Shown here one piece after another: positions 35,681-49,100 of a DNA stretch of 64,000 bases. Both the position numbers and the translations under genes were made by a program. Origin of the DNA: Cyanophora paradoxa CCMP329 (Eukaryota; Plantae; Glaucophyta). The stretch lies in NCBI GenBank assembly GCA_004431415.1, contig QPMI01000408.1:1-64000 (forward strand). Reading direction: 5' to 3'. Positions within the stretch are counted from its first letter, which is position 1. Every line of letters begins with the position of its first letter. The notes under the pieces are model-generated. The model had not been told where the DNA came from. It saw only the letters and a program-made list of their open reading frames with translations, and did not search any database.

Positions 35681-38600
35681 ATGGAGCTAGACCCGTCGCA
35701 ACAGTTGCGCGGGCCATCGGGCGACGCCCATGCTGACGCCGGCGCCGACGCTGGCGCCGACGCGCACGCGCCAGCAGGCGCCAACGACGCCGTCTCAACG
35801 ACGCCGGACCGCGAAGCATCTCGTCCGCCGCTCCCTAAGCCTGACACTCCCGGCGGAGCTCCCGCGGCCGGACCTAGCGCCGTGAATGTCCCTAGTGTGG
35901 TGACCGGCAAGGAACTTCTGGTGCGCTGAGCGTGCTGCTGGGCCTGAATCGCGACGCTGCTGCGCTCTTGGACCGGTACTGAGATTATTATTTTTTTCGC
36001 AGGACTTCCTCGAGGAGCAACGCCGACGCGGAGCCAATCTCACCCGGAAGAGTCTCCTCGCTACGTTGCGCTGGGACTTTCCCAAGATCATCAAGCAGGG
36101 CAAATGTCGGGCCATTCTCGCCAACGGCAGCATTCCGTTGTCCGATGGCTTGCCGGAGACCCGAGTCGTGAAGACAAGCCACAATCGGCAATCTCACACT
36201 CACACTCTCGTTCAAGTCCGTTAAAGCACCCATGTACTGCGCCTCGTGTTGACCGTTAACGGACAGGTCATTATCCAGCGGATTCTGCCGCCCGTCAGCC
36301 GCGATGTGCCAGTGCTTCTCCGGAACTATCGACCCGGCAACCCCGCCATGAAGTCGAGGATTAACGACTTCAAGACCGGCGAGTCCACCTGGTGGCCGGC
36401 CGACCTCGTTGGCGTTCGCATGAACCAGTACCGCGTCCCCGTGGACTCTGAACCCAATGGCGTGGACTTCTTCACTGCTGGTCCCGAGGTACGCTGCTTG
36501 CATCTTCCGCTCGCTGAGCTGGCGGTAAGATCATTTCGCAGATCATGGTCGGCGACACGCCTTCGAAGCCCGACTTTGCCGATGAGCTGGTGTGGACGGC
36601 GGAAGAGATGCTCGCTGGACAGTTCTCTGCTGGCGAGGACGTTGTCAATCAAGACTCGGGCCAGGAGTCGGATAGTACATACGCCTCCCGTAAATCGGTA
36701 AGTCGGACGGCTGAAGCGTTTTGCGTTGGGATCTGACGCTTGAACAGGGCCGCCTGCAGGAGGCAAAGGCAAAGGAGGTAGCAAAGGCATTGGCTCAGCT
36801 TTCAGGTGAAGGTCGCAGCTCTCAGGAGGCGTCCCAGCCGCAGGAGGAGGACGAGAAGGATGAAGAAGAGGTGCATTTCCGCCGTCCTTGCTGGCGCTTT
36901 CCGCGTTTGTGTTGATCTCTGGCACAGGAATCCCCCTGGGAGAGGAAGTATCGCCTGGCGAATCCGAGGATGAAGAGGCTGATGGAGACGCAAGCGAAGA
37001 AGCAGCGGGACTTCGAGAAGAAGAACCCACCGTACGAGCCTTCTGACGGTGACGGAGACGACGAGGACGACGACGAAAATCTTGTCAGCGATGCCGAGGA
37101 CTACGAGGTCCTCGTTTGTCGTAATGACTGCACTGTACTCGCTGATCGCGACGGCAGGACGAGGCAAGCAAGCCCCACACGAGTGGCAAGCGCGTTTCAA
37201 AAGTCCGCAGCTTTGCATGTTTGCCCCGTTTTCGTTTGCTGATTACATTCGGCAGAAGACATCTAAGCGGCAAGCCGAAGAAACCGACAGCGATGGGCAG
37301 GTCAGTTGCGAAACCCTTCGCGCCCAATCGCAGCTGGGAGTGCGATGACCCTGAGCGTCCGGAAGGTGAAGAAGACGAAGAAGAAGGCGCGCTTCGCCAC
37401 CGGCTCGCCCGAGCGTCCGCGTCGGGCGCCGAAAGCCAAGCCGAACCAAAGCCCAAAGATCAAGGCCCTCTCGAAAGCGAAACCGAGCCAGGAAGAACCG
37501 GAGTCGGAAGAGGACCTGATGTATCAAGTGCGAACGGATTCTGCCACTCTTGTTTGTGTGCTGAAGCGCTTGTCAGTACGAAGAGCTCAAGACGCGCTTC
37601 GAGAAGATGCAGGCGTACAAGCCGATCTTCCCTGTCCAAGCTGATGCGAAGCTCTTCAAACACGCCGACAAAGCCACAAAGGCGGAGATACGGGTGCGCG
37701 GGAGTATATCCTCGCTTTTTGAGCCGATGATAACGCACACAACAGAGGGCTTTCCATGACAGACTTCGGCCGCAACTCGTCAAGAACTACTTCGGCCACT
37801 TGTTTAACAACCTCCCGCCCGGCGTCCAGAAGATGTGCATGGCCTGGTGTCAGCAAGCGGTGAGCCTGGCCAGGCTGTGACCCTGCCGCTCGCTTCTGAT
37901 TCCGACCCGCAGTTCCCGGCGTGGGACGTCTCAAGTCTTTGCTACGGCGTCATAAACGAGAGTCTTCGGCAGCGCCGGAAGTATATCCTCGCTGACAAGA
38001 AGCGCCTCTGCTCGGCGCGGGTTTACCGTCACTATTTGCGGGACCTCGAGAGTTCGTGCTTTTCTTGCCGCGCGCGAATCTGTTTGATTTTCGAGCGTAA
38101 TCGTTCCCTGCAGGAGGCAAGCTGTGCGAGGTGGAGGTGCAAGCCAGCGTTCTGGAGGTCGGCGACCTCATGGACACCCTGGAGCTTGAGCACGAGGAGC
38201 TCACCTCGCAGGGCTGGAGCACCCGCTTCCGAACGCTCGAAGATGTCAAGCTTCAGATCGAGGAGGCTTTCGAGAACAAAGACCCCGACCTCGCTGAGTA
38301 CTCTTCCCCGGAGGACTACACCAAGTACGTCGGACCCTACACCATGACGGTGTCCGAGAAAAAGTGGGAGATCAAGTGCTCTCACTTCCGCGACCCCGAG
38401 GAGGAGCTCTTTTTCGATCAGCACTGGACGGACGTGCGCTCCTTCATTTCTCGTCTCCCTAAGGCCTGTTCTTGCACTTACGCGCCATGTGCAGTCTGCC
38501 GCGTTCTGCGACGGCCGCGAGAGGCCGGCGTTCTTCAACTGGGTGTACGATCCGTTCCCTGCCAAGATGATCGAGGTAGTGGACGAGGCGGACGACGCTG

Positions 38601-39400
38601 CAGTCCCGCTGGAGGGCCCGGCCTCCCAGGCATGGCCTCCGTTGCTTGTATTGGCAAACTCGTGCTCATTCTCTCCCCCTTTTTTTGCAGCCGGAGCCGG
38701 CGCTGCCAGAGGTAGAGATTGACGCCTACAACCTTCTGGTTCTTTCCATTTCCTTCTGGAAAAGGGGGGCATTGATCGCGCCCACAGACTCCGGCTGGCG
38801 GGGGATCGCTCGAGAACTTCGTCGACTTGGTTCCCCACGGCTTGGGCGAAGCCAAGTACGTCCGCGTTTTTATTCAGCTTGGCACGGGGTTTGTCAAGAT
38901 TGGCACGGGCACAGTCGAGTTCATGGACAAGGTTCGCTTGCGAAGCCCCTCTCTTTTTCGAAAGTCTAACTCTAGAGCAGGAGGACTACCGCCCGGTTAC
39001 GAGCCTCGCTGGCTGGGTGTGTCTCTCAATCATGTTTCGTTTTCTTGTTATGATTCTTTTGCAGTGCGGCGAAAAGCGCAACGAGGAGCACTTCTGCGCC
39101 ATCACCATCAATGTGAATGGAAACACGCACGTTGACCCTAAGAATAAGGGGGCCAAAAAGTACATCGAGGATGAATTCGAGGTTAGCTTTACTCCTTTTT
39201 CAGCTTCCTTTTTGTTGCATTCACGCTTCAAGACCTGAAACCCCTCGCAGATTCCCCACGTCATCAGCAGGCTTCCCTTGAACAGGACGCTGGGACACTG
39301 CATGTCTGGGCAGCACACGAACAAGCTTCGCGCTCTGGACAGCAAGACTGTGCTGTGGCCGCGCTACCTTCTTTCCCTGTCAAAGACACTTGCTGCTTAG
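35681..39400 (+). CDS. Large multi-exon protein of unknown function (acidic and basic low-complexity tracts)
   Basis: Series of plus-strand exons with strong codon bias, separated by ~60-nt introns (e.g. VIIQRILPPVSRDVPVLLRNY, VEVQASVLEVGDLMDTLELE, EEHFCAITINVNG). End approximate. Confidence 0.6.
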
Positions 39401-39959
39401 GCGAGTAGTATCCTGGCTTGACCCCTGCCGATCGATGCGTTTGTCGTTAACAGCCCCGTTTGCAGAAGCTGTGTCTGTCATCGCACGGCTCAGAGTCCTA
39501 GGTGAGCCACAGTCCAAGCCCGATTCCTCCCTCCTGATTCCTGTCGTAGTCGTTCCTGATTGCCCCACCCCCGCGTGTCATGCAGAGGGCATGATGCAGC
39601 GAATTGCTAGAGTTCAGCATGAGCAGCGTTCTGTGCTCTCGGCGGCAACGCAGTTGTACTCTAGCTAGGAGCTATCGGCCCTGCAGGCTCCCCTTCCCAG
39701 TGTTCTGCACCAGCTAGAAGCGAAGAGCTGTCGTGTCTATAGGAGCAGTAGAAATCCAGGCTTGTCCTTGAATGAGAGCGGTTTGGATTCAGAGAGTCGC
39801 GTTCGGTATCGCATGCGAACGGGTCCGGGTACCGCCTGAAAGGGGAAGCGGGTACCGATCGATAGCGTAAGCAGTTACTGGACGTGACGAAAAGCAGCTC
39901 CCGGGCGAGAGCTTGTACGGTTCGCACGCGCAAGGGCATTGTGGTCTCAGCTGGGAGCG

Positions 39960-40135
39960 AGCGTAGCTAGCGTGCGCGACGGCTCGCCGATCTCGGGCGA
40001 AAGCTAACTTGGCTAGCGTGCGTGGCGGCTCGCCGATCTCGGGCGAAAGCTAACGCCGATCTCGGGCGAAAGCTATCGTGGCTAGCGTGCGCGGCAGCTC
40101 GCCGATCTCAGGCGAAAGCTAACGTGGCTAGCGGG
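39960..40135. repeat. ~45-bp tandem repeat (~4 copies, core CGCCGATCTCGGGCGAAAGCTA)
   Basis: Read directly. Confidence 0.85.
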
Positions 40136-40254
40136 CGCAGATGATCGGCTGTCCTCCCCGTGAACGCAATCTTCTTACCGAGGGGAACAACCTGTCAAGC
40201 ATGGTAAGCAGCTCGGTTACATAAAAAGCGGGCAAATCCGGTGAGCAAGCCTAT

Positions 40255-41850
40255 TCACCTAGTTACCATGTCTAGCCGACTCCTAACCAAAAGTCGACCA
40301 TCTGAGAGGAGCCCTTTACCGAAAGTCGCCCCCCACCTAGTATGGTGAGCGTGCCTATGTTCACCCCCCCTCCCCAGGCTGCTCACCCCCGATATTGCCG
40401 GCGTGGGAACAGGGGCAGATTCCACTAGTGTATTATGCATCTCAGAGAGAGACGGAGATCTAGCATCCCACCTGGAAGGGCCGGAGCAAGTCAGCCGGCT
40501 GCAAGCAGTCGAAAGATCCCTCTTCAGGGCAGCACGCGATGTGGAGGCGCCGGAGAGACGGCAGCTCCACGATTGCTTCTGCAAGGAGATTCGGGAAGTG
40601 ATTATACTCACAAAACATCTCGAGGTCGGCGAGAAGAGGCCGCACGCTGGCGCTGTCTAGAAAGCCACGAGCAGCAACGATACCGGTTTCATTTTTCGAA
40701 AGCGACGTATGCAGCTTGAGGCATTCGAGGTTTGCGAGGTTGCTCACGGCTTCCTGGACGGCCGCCGAAGTAGCGGGGGTCGTTAAGACATATGGACCAA
40801 CCGACAGGGACAAATTCCGAAGCCTCTCGATGCTTCCAATGGCCTGGATGGCCTCGGGTGTGCATGTAGCAATCTGGTTGCGATTAAGGCTCTCACAATC
40901 AACGCTCTCGGGCGCTACGCACAGGCAGTGGTCCAATCGATTCGAGTTTCGGCATGTGGCTGATCGCAAGAATGGCTTCGTTTGGTTTGTCGAAATGAGC
41001 GTTCCTCTCGATGCTGTATTGGTATAAATCAGACGGTAGCCAGTTGCGACGACCATCCGCGAATTTCTGCGAGCTTGGAAACTCGCCCTCCCTGCTCATA
41101 TATGCGCACGTTTTACGTGATCAGAGGTTCGCGATATATATGACAAATTAATATTTAAATGTGCATAAGTATCGTAGCTGTGTGTAGTATTATTTTCTAT
41201 ATACAATCATTGAATGTGTAATTTATAAGAAATTGAGCGCATGCGCACTTTACGAGCACCGTCTCATTGAGGAAAGCGACGCTTCGAAGGCTTCTGCCAG
41301 CGACAACGTCGGCGAGCTCGATCATGCCATTATCCAACAAATAGTAAAAATGTAGACAAGCGATGGTGATCACGTCGAGCTGCTCGAGGTGCGCCAGAGG
41401 CGCGAAGGCAGCCATGCATATGGCCAGCTGCAGCGTCTTGGCTTCATGACCTTTGTTCGGAGGAACGGTGATCGCGATGGAGCGCAGGAGAGGGCAGGCC
41501 GCTGCAATGACGGACGCCGTCGACTGGCTAATCCCAGATCCAAGGATATTGAAATAGACAGCGAGGGAGCGCAGTTTGCCGAATGGGGCCAGAGCTGACC
41601 GCAGCTTGACGGCATGCGGCCACCGCAGCCGCCTTGGCCATATCCATTCGTTCACAGTTCGGCAGTTCGTTCACGCGCATGCGTACGCGTCGACCGCGAT
41701 CATTTGAATGTCTCGAAACGACGTCGGCGCCGTCCGTGCGCGCTACAGCAGGTGCCTTCACACACTCGCGATCAGCTCGCCCGAAACAATTTAATTGTGC
41801 TGTGAACCGAAAACGGTCTCTCGACACGCACGATCGGGTTTTTGATTTGC
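40255..41850 (-). pseudogene. Degenerate leucine-rich-repeat (RNI/F-box-LRR-like) gene
   Basis: LRR-like strings AAACPLLRSIAI, LAHLEQLDV, IERLRNLSLSV, LANLECLKL and LPSLRRLHI in broken frames. Confidence 0.5.
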
Positions 41851-43130
41851 ATTTCATTGAACTTGCTCATGATCAGGGAAGACGGCTCATTTAAAACAGA
41901 TTTCTCAATCTGCACACACACATGCGAAGAAAGATTTAAAAAGCGGCAGATCGCGATTGTGATCGTGACAAGATCTAGACCTTCAAACTATTGCGCACCC
42001 GAATCTCATCGCCTGATGCCCCTTGTGCCACGAGAGCTGCGACGAGGGCCGCTTCGGCCGCATTCAACACTTGCATCTGGACCGCTGTGCAGTTGGAAAA
42101 CGAAAATGCCAAAATGCATATATGCAACATCAATTGCAATCGAAACAGACGACGTCGAAACCGACGGCTGCATGCGCGCATAAGCATGTCCGACGGTCGA
42201 TGATTAGCGAATGAGCAAAAGCGCACATTTAAATCTCCAGCTGAAAAAGGAGAATTGCGAAGAGCCTGGCCGCAGACCTAGATGGCCGCGCACCGCTCAA
42301 GCAGCGCGGCGTTGACGCTTGCAGCATCGATCTCAGAGACATTCTGCGGCTGCGACCCCCGCCCGGCCCTCGACGGCGTCATTTGTCGATCGATATCGAT
42401 ATATATGGGCGCATGGGCGCACGCGCATCTGATCCTGTTCATGATCGGGGTCTTCGTGTCGCCGCGCCCGCTTCTCGGCGCGCTCACAGGGCGTGCTCGC
42501 GCCCGACGCCGACATTCCTCGCGATCGAGTTCTATCGTGCTTTGATCGATCAGCTGAATGCGCAGCGGCGTACTACGGTACGCGTTCGCTTCGAATTCTG
42601 GCGCCCAAACTCGCGATCGAGGTAGCCGGAAACTCGCGCGAGGCGATCGCGAGCTCGAGGTCGGCCCTTATAATTGCTCGATCGCGACCTGTAGGCCCGA
42701 GCGCCTCCCCTCAATTCCGCCGGGCCCGGGGCCCCTTGACCCCCTCTAGATCTCCCTTCGAATTTCGCCCCCTTCAAATTCACCTCCGAGGCTCTCCCCT
42801 CTCCTCTGCCTCTCCCCTCGCGTGCAAATACCTGAAATTCGAATTCTGAACGGAACTCTCGTGTGCAACTGCTGCATTGGCTTGACGGTGGCTTGCAATT
42901 GGGTGATCGTATTATGGATCTATGGAGCAACGCTAATAGTGTAACCTGCCGCATGCACTAGCTATAGTACATATGCATGCATAAATTCTGAACGAAACGT
43001 ACGGTACCGGTGGCTTGCAATTGGCGATGATCTTATATATCACGGATCTATGATAGTACTACGGCATGGAGCAACGCTAATAACATAACCTGCGCATGCT
43101 TTGCAAAGTAGTTGAATTTGGAAGAGCCCC

Positions 43131-46100
43131 TTAGCTGTAGAGGGGCGCGTCGAGCGGGGGTCCTGGAACGATCGCTGCAAAGCATACGAAGAAGACGCGT
43201 CAACGCGAATCTATAGTCAAAGCGCGGCACAACGGCCCGCAAAAGAGTGCACCGGCGCGGAGGATGGTGAGGACGATGATAATGAAAATAATCATGTACA
43301 GGAACCGGCACACCATGACCACCTGCGAGCGGGCGCGGGCAAATCATTAAGCGGAGGCAGCGGACTAATAAAAGGAACGAATAGAACGGGCGGACGCGGT
43401 CGAGCTTTTCGGTGACTCTGTCGGGGTCGTAGTCCTGGACGGTGAGGAGGCCGAAGAAGAACTTCTGCGGCTCGTAGCCCGTCAGGCCCTCGTCCTGCGC
43501 CCGCTCCGCCGCCGTCTTCTGGCCGTGCCCCCGGCCCCGCAGCTTCTTCACCTGCGGCGCCGGCGCGGGCACGGGCTTCGGTCGGAATTGAGCGGCGCGG
43601 CGGCCGCGGGCACGGGCGGACCCAGCTCGGCTGGCGCGGCTCGCGGGCCGGCTTGGCGTAGAGGTCGGCGGCGGGCGGGAACGGCGACGCGGGGCCCTCG
43701 TGGATGTACGCGGGCGGAGCCGCCTGGTTGGAGGACTCGGACCCCTGGAACGAGGAGCCCTTGCGGGGGAAGAGGCCCGTGGCGCCGGCGCCGTCGCTGC
43801 CGCGGGCGACGGGCGGCGACGGGAGGAAGATCGACTGCACGCGCAGCGGCGGCTCGCGCTCGTCGACGACGTCGAGGCCGGGCGTTCTGTCCGAGTACAC
43901 GACGGCGACGCCGGCGTCGGCGCGGGGCGAGCCCGACGAGCCCGTGCGCGCCGTCGCGAGCAGCGGGTCGAGGAGGGCGACGCGGGCCGCCTCTGGCTCC
44001 CTGCGGGCGGCCGCGGCCCGCTCGGCCTTCTCGGCGGCGGCGGCCTTGGCCTGCGCCTTGGCGTGGTCCTTGCGCAGGTCCCGCACGACCTCCGCCGCCT
44101 GCCAGAACATCTGCAGCGTCACCTGTATCACCAGGATCGAGAACTGCGAAACGACGACAAGCGCCGCGTCAGGGCTTCCCCGCCAAAGGCAGCTGCGACG
44201 TTGACAGCGCTCTCGCCTGGAAGGCGTAGACGAAGGCGATGAAGGCGGTGAGGCGGGTGAGGTACGCCACGGGGGGCAGGGCCTCGAGGATCACGAAGGA
44301 GTAGATTAGCGTCCCGATGATGGAGGTCGAGACCAGCTCCATCTGCGGGGGCGCCGATCGTGAGCGCCAACGCATTTGGATGATTTCGATGTCTCAGACG
44401 CCGTGGCCGCGACGGGGGCGCGAGCATGGGCGCAAATGGGCGATTGTAATGTCTTGAATGCCACGGACCTTGTAGTCGTTGTCGAAGGCGAGGAAGAAGG
44501 AGAAGTAGGAGGAGATCATGAGCATGGCGAGCGGGAAGATGATGTTCGTCGAGTGGTACGTCGACCGCCGCTCCGCGTGGAAGTACACCTGTACGGAGGG
44601 ATTGGATTAGGTTGGCTTTCATCGTCGGATTGCAAATTGGGCCGACAAAGCCCTAATCAGTGCATGAGCGAATGAGAGGCGCACGGTGAGGCGGGAGTAG
44701 TCCTGCGAGATGCCGCTGGACACGTTGCTCACGACCTGGTCCAGGTTCTTGAAGATGAACATCCCGTCCTGCGCGCGCGTCGGCACAGGAAGGAAGGATA
44801 ACGAAGTCGGAGAGGCAAGGCGGCATGCGCGCGCACGTCGATGGAAGTGAGGACGCCCTGGACGGACTCGACGGTCGATGCGTTCCGCGCGTCGTTCCAG
44901 TTCGCGAAGACCATCTTCTCCGTGTTGTACACGCTGCACGGTCGCCGCCTCAGCGGCGCGCGAGCGGCGCAGACAAAATCTCGCCGAGGCGATAGAAGGG
45001 ACGCACGAGGACTCGAGGCGGACCATCATGAGCTGCGTGTCGAACGGGAATTCCCGCACGTTGATTGCTGCGCTCGAGCGCGGCGGACGATAAGAAGCCG
45101 GCCGGCCGGGGGCGCGCAGGCGCGGCCCGCGCACCGTCCCAGTTGACTCGGATCAGGTAGCGCTCGCTGCGGAATTGGGAGTTCGGAGGGGTCACCGGGG
45201 AGGAACCCATCAATTGCGCGGTAGATCGGAGCCACGGGGCGCGCACATCAATTGGACCATGCCGCGGTCGACGCGGAGGCGCTGCGAGAGGTACTGCGCG
45301 CACAGGCAGTTCAGCACAAACGAAAACGGCAGAGAATGGCCGGGGCGGACGCGGGGCGTGTCGCGGGCGTTTGCGAAGACGAGTGCGGGAGTCCAAATCT
45401 GGCTCGTGAAGCTGCACGGCTGTTAGAAAAAGGCGGGGCGCCGGCGCCCGGCGAGAATCCGAAATCGCTATGCGGGGCCAGCGCACTTCCAGTTGAAGAA
45501 CGTGTCGCGGTAGGGAGTAAAAGACGGGTCGAACCACTGCGTCACCTGGCTCGCGTCCAGCGTGAAGATCTGGTCCGCCTCTTTCGTCTCATACACGTTG
45601 TTGATCTAACGATGTCACGCAAATATGATTCGAAACACCGTAAACGATGGATCAAACCACATCGCCCCGCACCTGGAGGACGACGGAGACGGGGACGGGG
45701 AAAGTGTCCATGATGGTGCGCGGGGTCCCCGTCGCCTGCTGTAGGAGCTGCCGCGCCCTCACCAGCGTCTGATTCGCTCCCGCGGTTGCCGACGATGGGA
45801 GCGTTCTGAATAAGAAAGGTAACGTGAGCGCCACGTCAACGCGGGCAAAGCCGGGGTGGCGCACGTGGCGCCGGACTGGACGGCGAGCAGAATGGCGGCG
45901 TATCTGACGCGGGGGTCAGAGTGGGCCTCCAGCGCCGGATAGCCGGGGGCCCTGTACCCGAGGGGCGGGAAGGGGATGCGGTTCGACTTGACGACGATGG
46001 CGGCCGAAGGCAGCGAGATCGCCTCCAGCTGCGCGCGCCGCCGCGCCGTCAGCGCCAACGGGCGAGGGCGGCGAGGGCGGCGCAAGCGCACGGAGATGGA

Positions 46101-49100
46101 GAGGTCGGCGTAGAGGCCTGTGAGGGCGTCGGCGATGACGACGCCGCGCAGGTCGAAGGCCGTCGGGCCCGCCACCGTCAGCGGCGCCCCGTTCGTCTCC
46201 TCGCCGTCCCGGATCTTGTACCGGAAGTTGAGCATCTTTCCATTGCAATTTCGAGTCAGCGCGGGAGGAGGGGCAGCGCGGCGCGGATCCTGTCGCACCC
46301 GCGGGTCGCGGGCGTCAAAGGAGACGAACTCGGCGAGGCCGCCCGAGGAGAGATCGATGCGGGGCGGGGTCGCCGGCGTCCGCGGCTCCATTGTGATGTC
46401 TCGCGTAAAGATCAACTGCAGCATCGGGTTAGACGGATTAAAAAGGAAAAAAGAATAAGGGCATTATTTCTATGAAGCAAATTCCGAGCGCGCCTGGATG
46501 CGGATGGCGGGGGAGGAGGCGTCGAGGGTGCGCCCGAGGTAGGTGGCCGTCACGTCGAGGACCATGGGCGGGGACGTGAAGACGAAGAAGGGGAGCGCCC
46601 GCGACGTCGGGGGCGCCTTGAGCGGCCCCGCGCGCGCCCCGAAGACGCCGTCGCGGCTCGCGAGGGCGCTCCCCGCCGGCAGCTCGACACGCGCCTCCGC
46701 GTTGAGCGCCGGCGGCACCGCCTCCAGCGGCACGAAGGCGCGCGGCGAGGCGGGGTCCAGCCCGCACGCCGCCCCCTCCGGCACCTCTGCGCCCCGCCCC
46801 GCTCAGCCCGCCGTTATGGGCGTGAAGAGCGTAAGGCGCACCGAAGGCGAAGAGGATGCCGGGCTCGCGGTACTGCGGGCCCGCGTCGTAGCCGCTCCCC
46901 TCGATCAGCGCGAACGGGCCAAGTGTCCCCGCCTGCACGTCGTGAGTGCCTGAGCTGAGGTAACATTAAAATGCAAAGCGAGGCCACCAGAACGTTAAGG
47001 CGGAGAGACGTCCCTGGGAAAGGGGCGCCCAGCAGCCCTCTCTGCGAGGGCGTCGGGATGCAAGAAGGCGGCAGGCCGGGTTGGGGCGCTGCACGTCGAA
47101 GGTGGCGCGGGCGGTGGCATTGACGGTGGCGCGCCCGCAGCGCATCGGAATGTAAGGCGCCTGGCCCCGGTCTCCCAACTGCGCGCGAGGACAGTCGTGA
47201 GCACAGATATGCATTTTAAAGCGAATCCTAAATTAAAGCCAAAGTGCAGAGCGCACCTTCACGGCGACGGGCTGGTCGTAGAACACGGCGATGTACACCA
47301 CATCCTTGACCGTCGCCGCCTGCCGCACGGCGTCAGCGGCGTGGCAGCGACGGCGGATCCGGAGCCGCGACGACGGGGCGGGCGGGCCTGGACGTTGGAG
47401 GAGTTGAAGGTGAGGCCGGCGGCGGAGAAGAAGTTGGTCGTCGCGAGGAAGAAGGTCCAGTTGCGCACGAAGGGCTCCCCCGAGTAGATCGTGTACTCCC
47501 CGTTGCTGCCGGGCCGTTATATTAGCCTGGCGCCGCCGTCGGTTCGGGGCGCGGAAGGGCGCACAAGAGCTCGTCGACAGCGATGGGAGTACGCTCGAAG
47601 GCGATCGCGCCGTCGAGGACGGCGACGAGGGACCAGCCGCGGGTCGTGGCGTTGGTCTGCGGCTGCAGCGTCCCCGCCCCGACCGTCTGGTTCGAGAGAG
47701 GTCCGAGAGGGACCGCCGGGTCCCGCGTGAACCCGCACTTGGCGTCCTTCTGCACTCTGTACGCGAAGTTGACCAACGAGACCCGGATGAGCCCCTGCGC
47801 GGCTGCCGTGAGCTGAGAGCGGCCGGGCTCGTCGGGCGGCGGGGGGGCACCCCGGCAAAGCCCTCGAGCGTGTCGAACACGTCGACGAAGGAGAAGACGG
47901 CGGGGACGGCGCCCGGGCGGCCGGCGCCGCAGGTGAGGTTCAGGTAGGGCGTCCCGGGGGCCGGCGCCGTCCCGTTGACGCCCGATGAGCCCCGCACGAC
48001 GACCGGCTCCGAGTAGACGAGCGTTAGATACACGAGCTGGTTTGTGAAGGCGACCTGGGCGACAGGCGTCGGGCGGGGAAGCGGCGCGGGGATCGCGGGG
48101 GCGCTGGGCACCGTCTGGGGCGTGTAGGAGCTGCCGGCGGCGAGCTGCGCGTTGGCGGCGTCGCGCGGGTGCGCGCCGAGGGTGAAGAAGACGCGCATGA
48201 CATAAGGATCGTCTGCCTGGACCTGCGCGGCGCTCGGAGGGAACGAGAGCGGCTCGGTTCGCGTGAGCGCACCACGATGTTGGTGGGTTGCGGCGGCTCG
48301 GGCAGAGCAGTCACGATGGCGGTGCCGTCGACCTTCGCTACGAGGCCAGTCGCGTTCTGCAGGGCGAAGACGCGGAGCGTGCCGTCCGTGCCGATGCCGC
48401 ACGAGTCGTCGCGGACGACGGACGCGGCGAACCGGGCGTAGTAGACGCGCTCGGAGGTGGACGTCGCCGTGTTCAGCTCGTCTTGGGTGACGATCTCGGC
48501 GAAGGTCGCGCGGCGCTTCGGCGCGTCGGACCCGGGTTCGCTGCACGTGTACTGGAAGGAGGGCGGCGGCGAGCCCGGGAGGAGCTGCATGGGCTCGCGG
48601 AAGCGCAGCTCGAAGGTGAGCGGTTGCCCCGGCAGCGCAACCGGCACGGCCGAGGCGCGGCCGCCGCCGCCGCCGCCGCCGCCGGCCTCGTCGGCGTACG
48701 GGTTCAGCGGCACGGACCACGCGGCCGCGGCGATCGCATTGAAGGCGCCTTTGCGGACGCGGATGGCGGAGAAACCGGGCGGCGGGGCGTAGACGGCGAA
48801 CGCGAACTGGGCGAGGACGTTCCCGCCGACAGCGGCGTCGACGGGGCTGTCGTCGAGGACGGCCGCGACGCGATCCGCGTTGGCGACGACGCTGTCCCCG
48901 AAGTAGATCTTCGACTTGGTGCAGTCGTCCCCCCGCGTCACGTTGTACCTGCCGGCCCCCGGCGGTCGGACGGGATGGCCGGATCGGACCCGAATGCTGG
49001 AGGACCCGCTGGGGCGGCTGCGCACCTGAACAGGAGGCCCTGGTTGGGGAGCCCGATGTCCTCCAAGAGGCACTCGTCGACCGCGCCGGGGCCCTTCACC

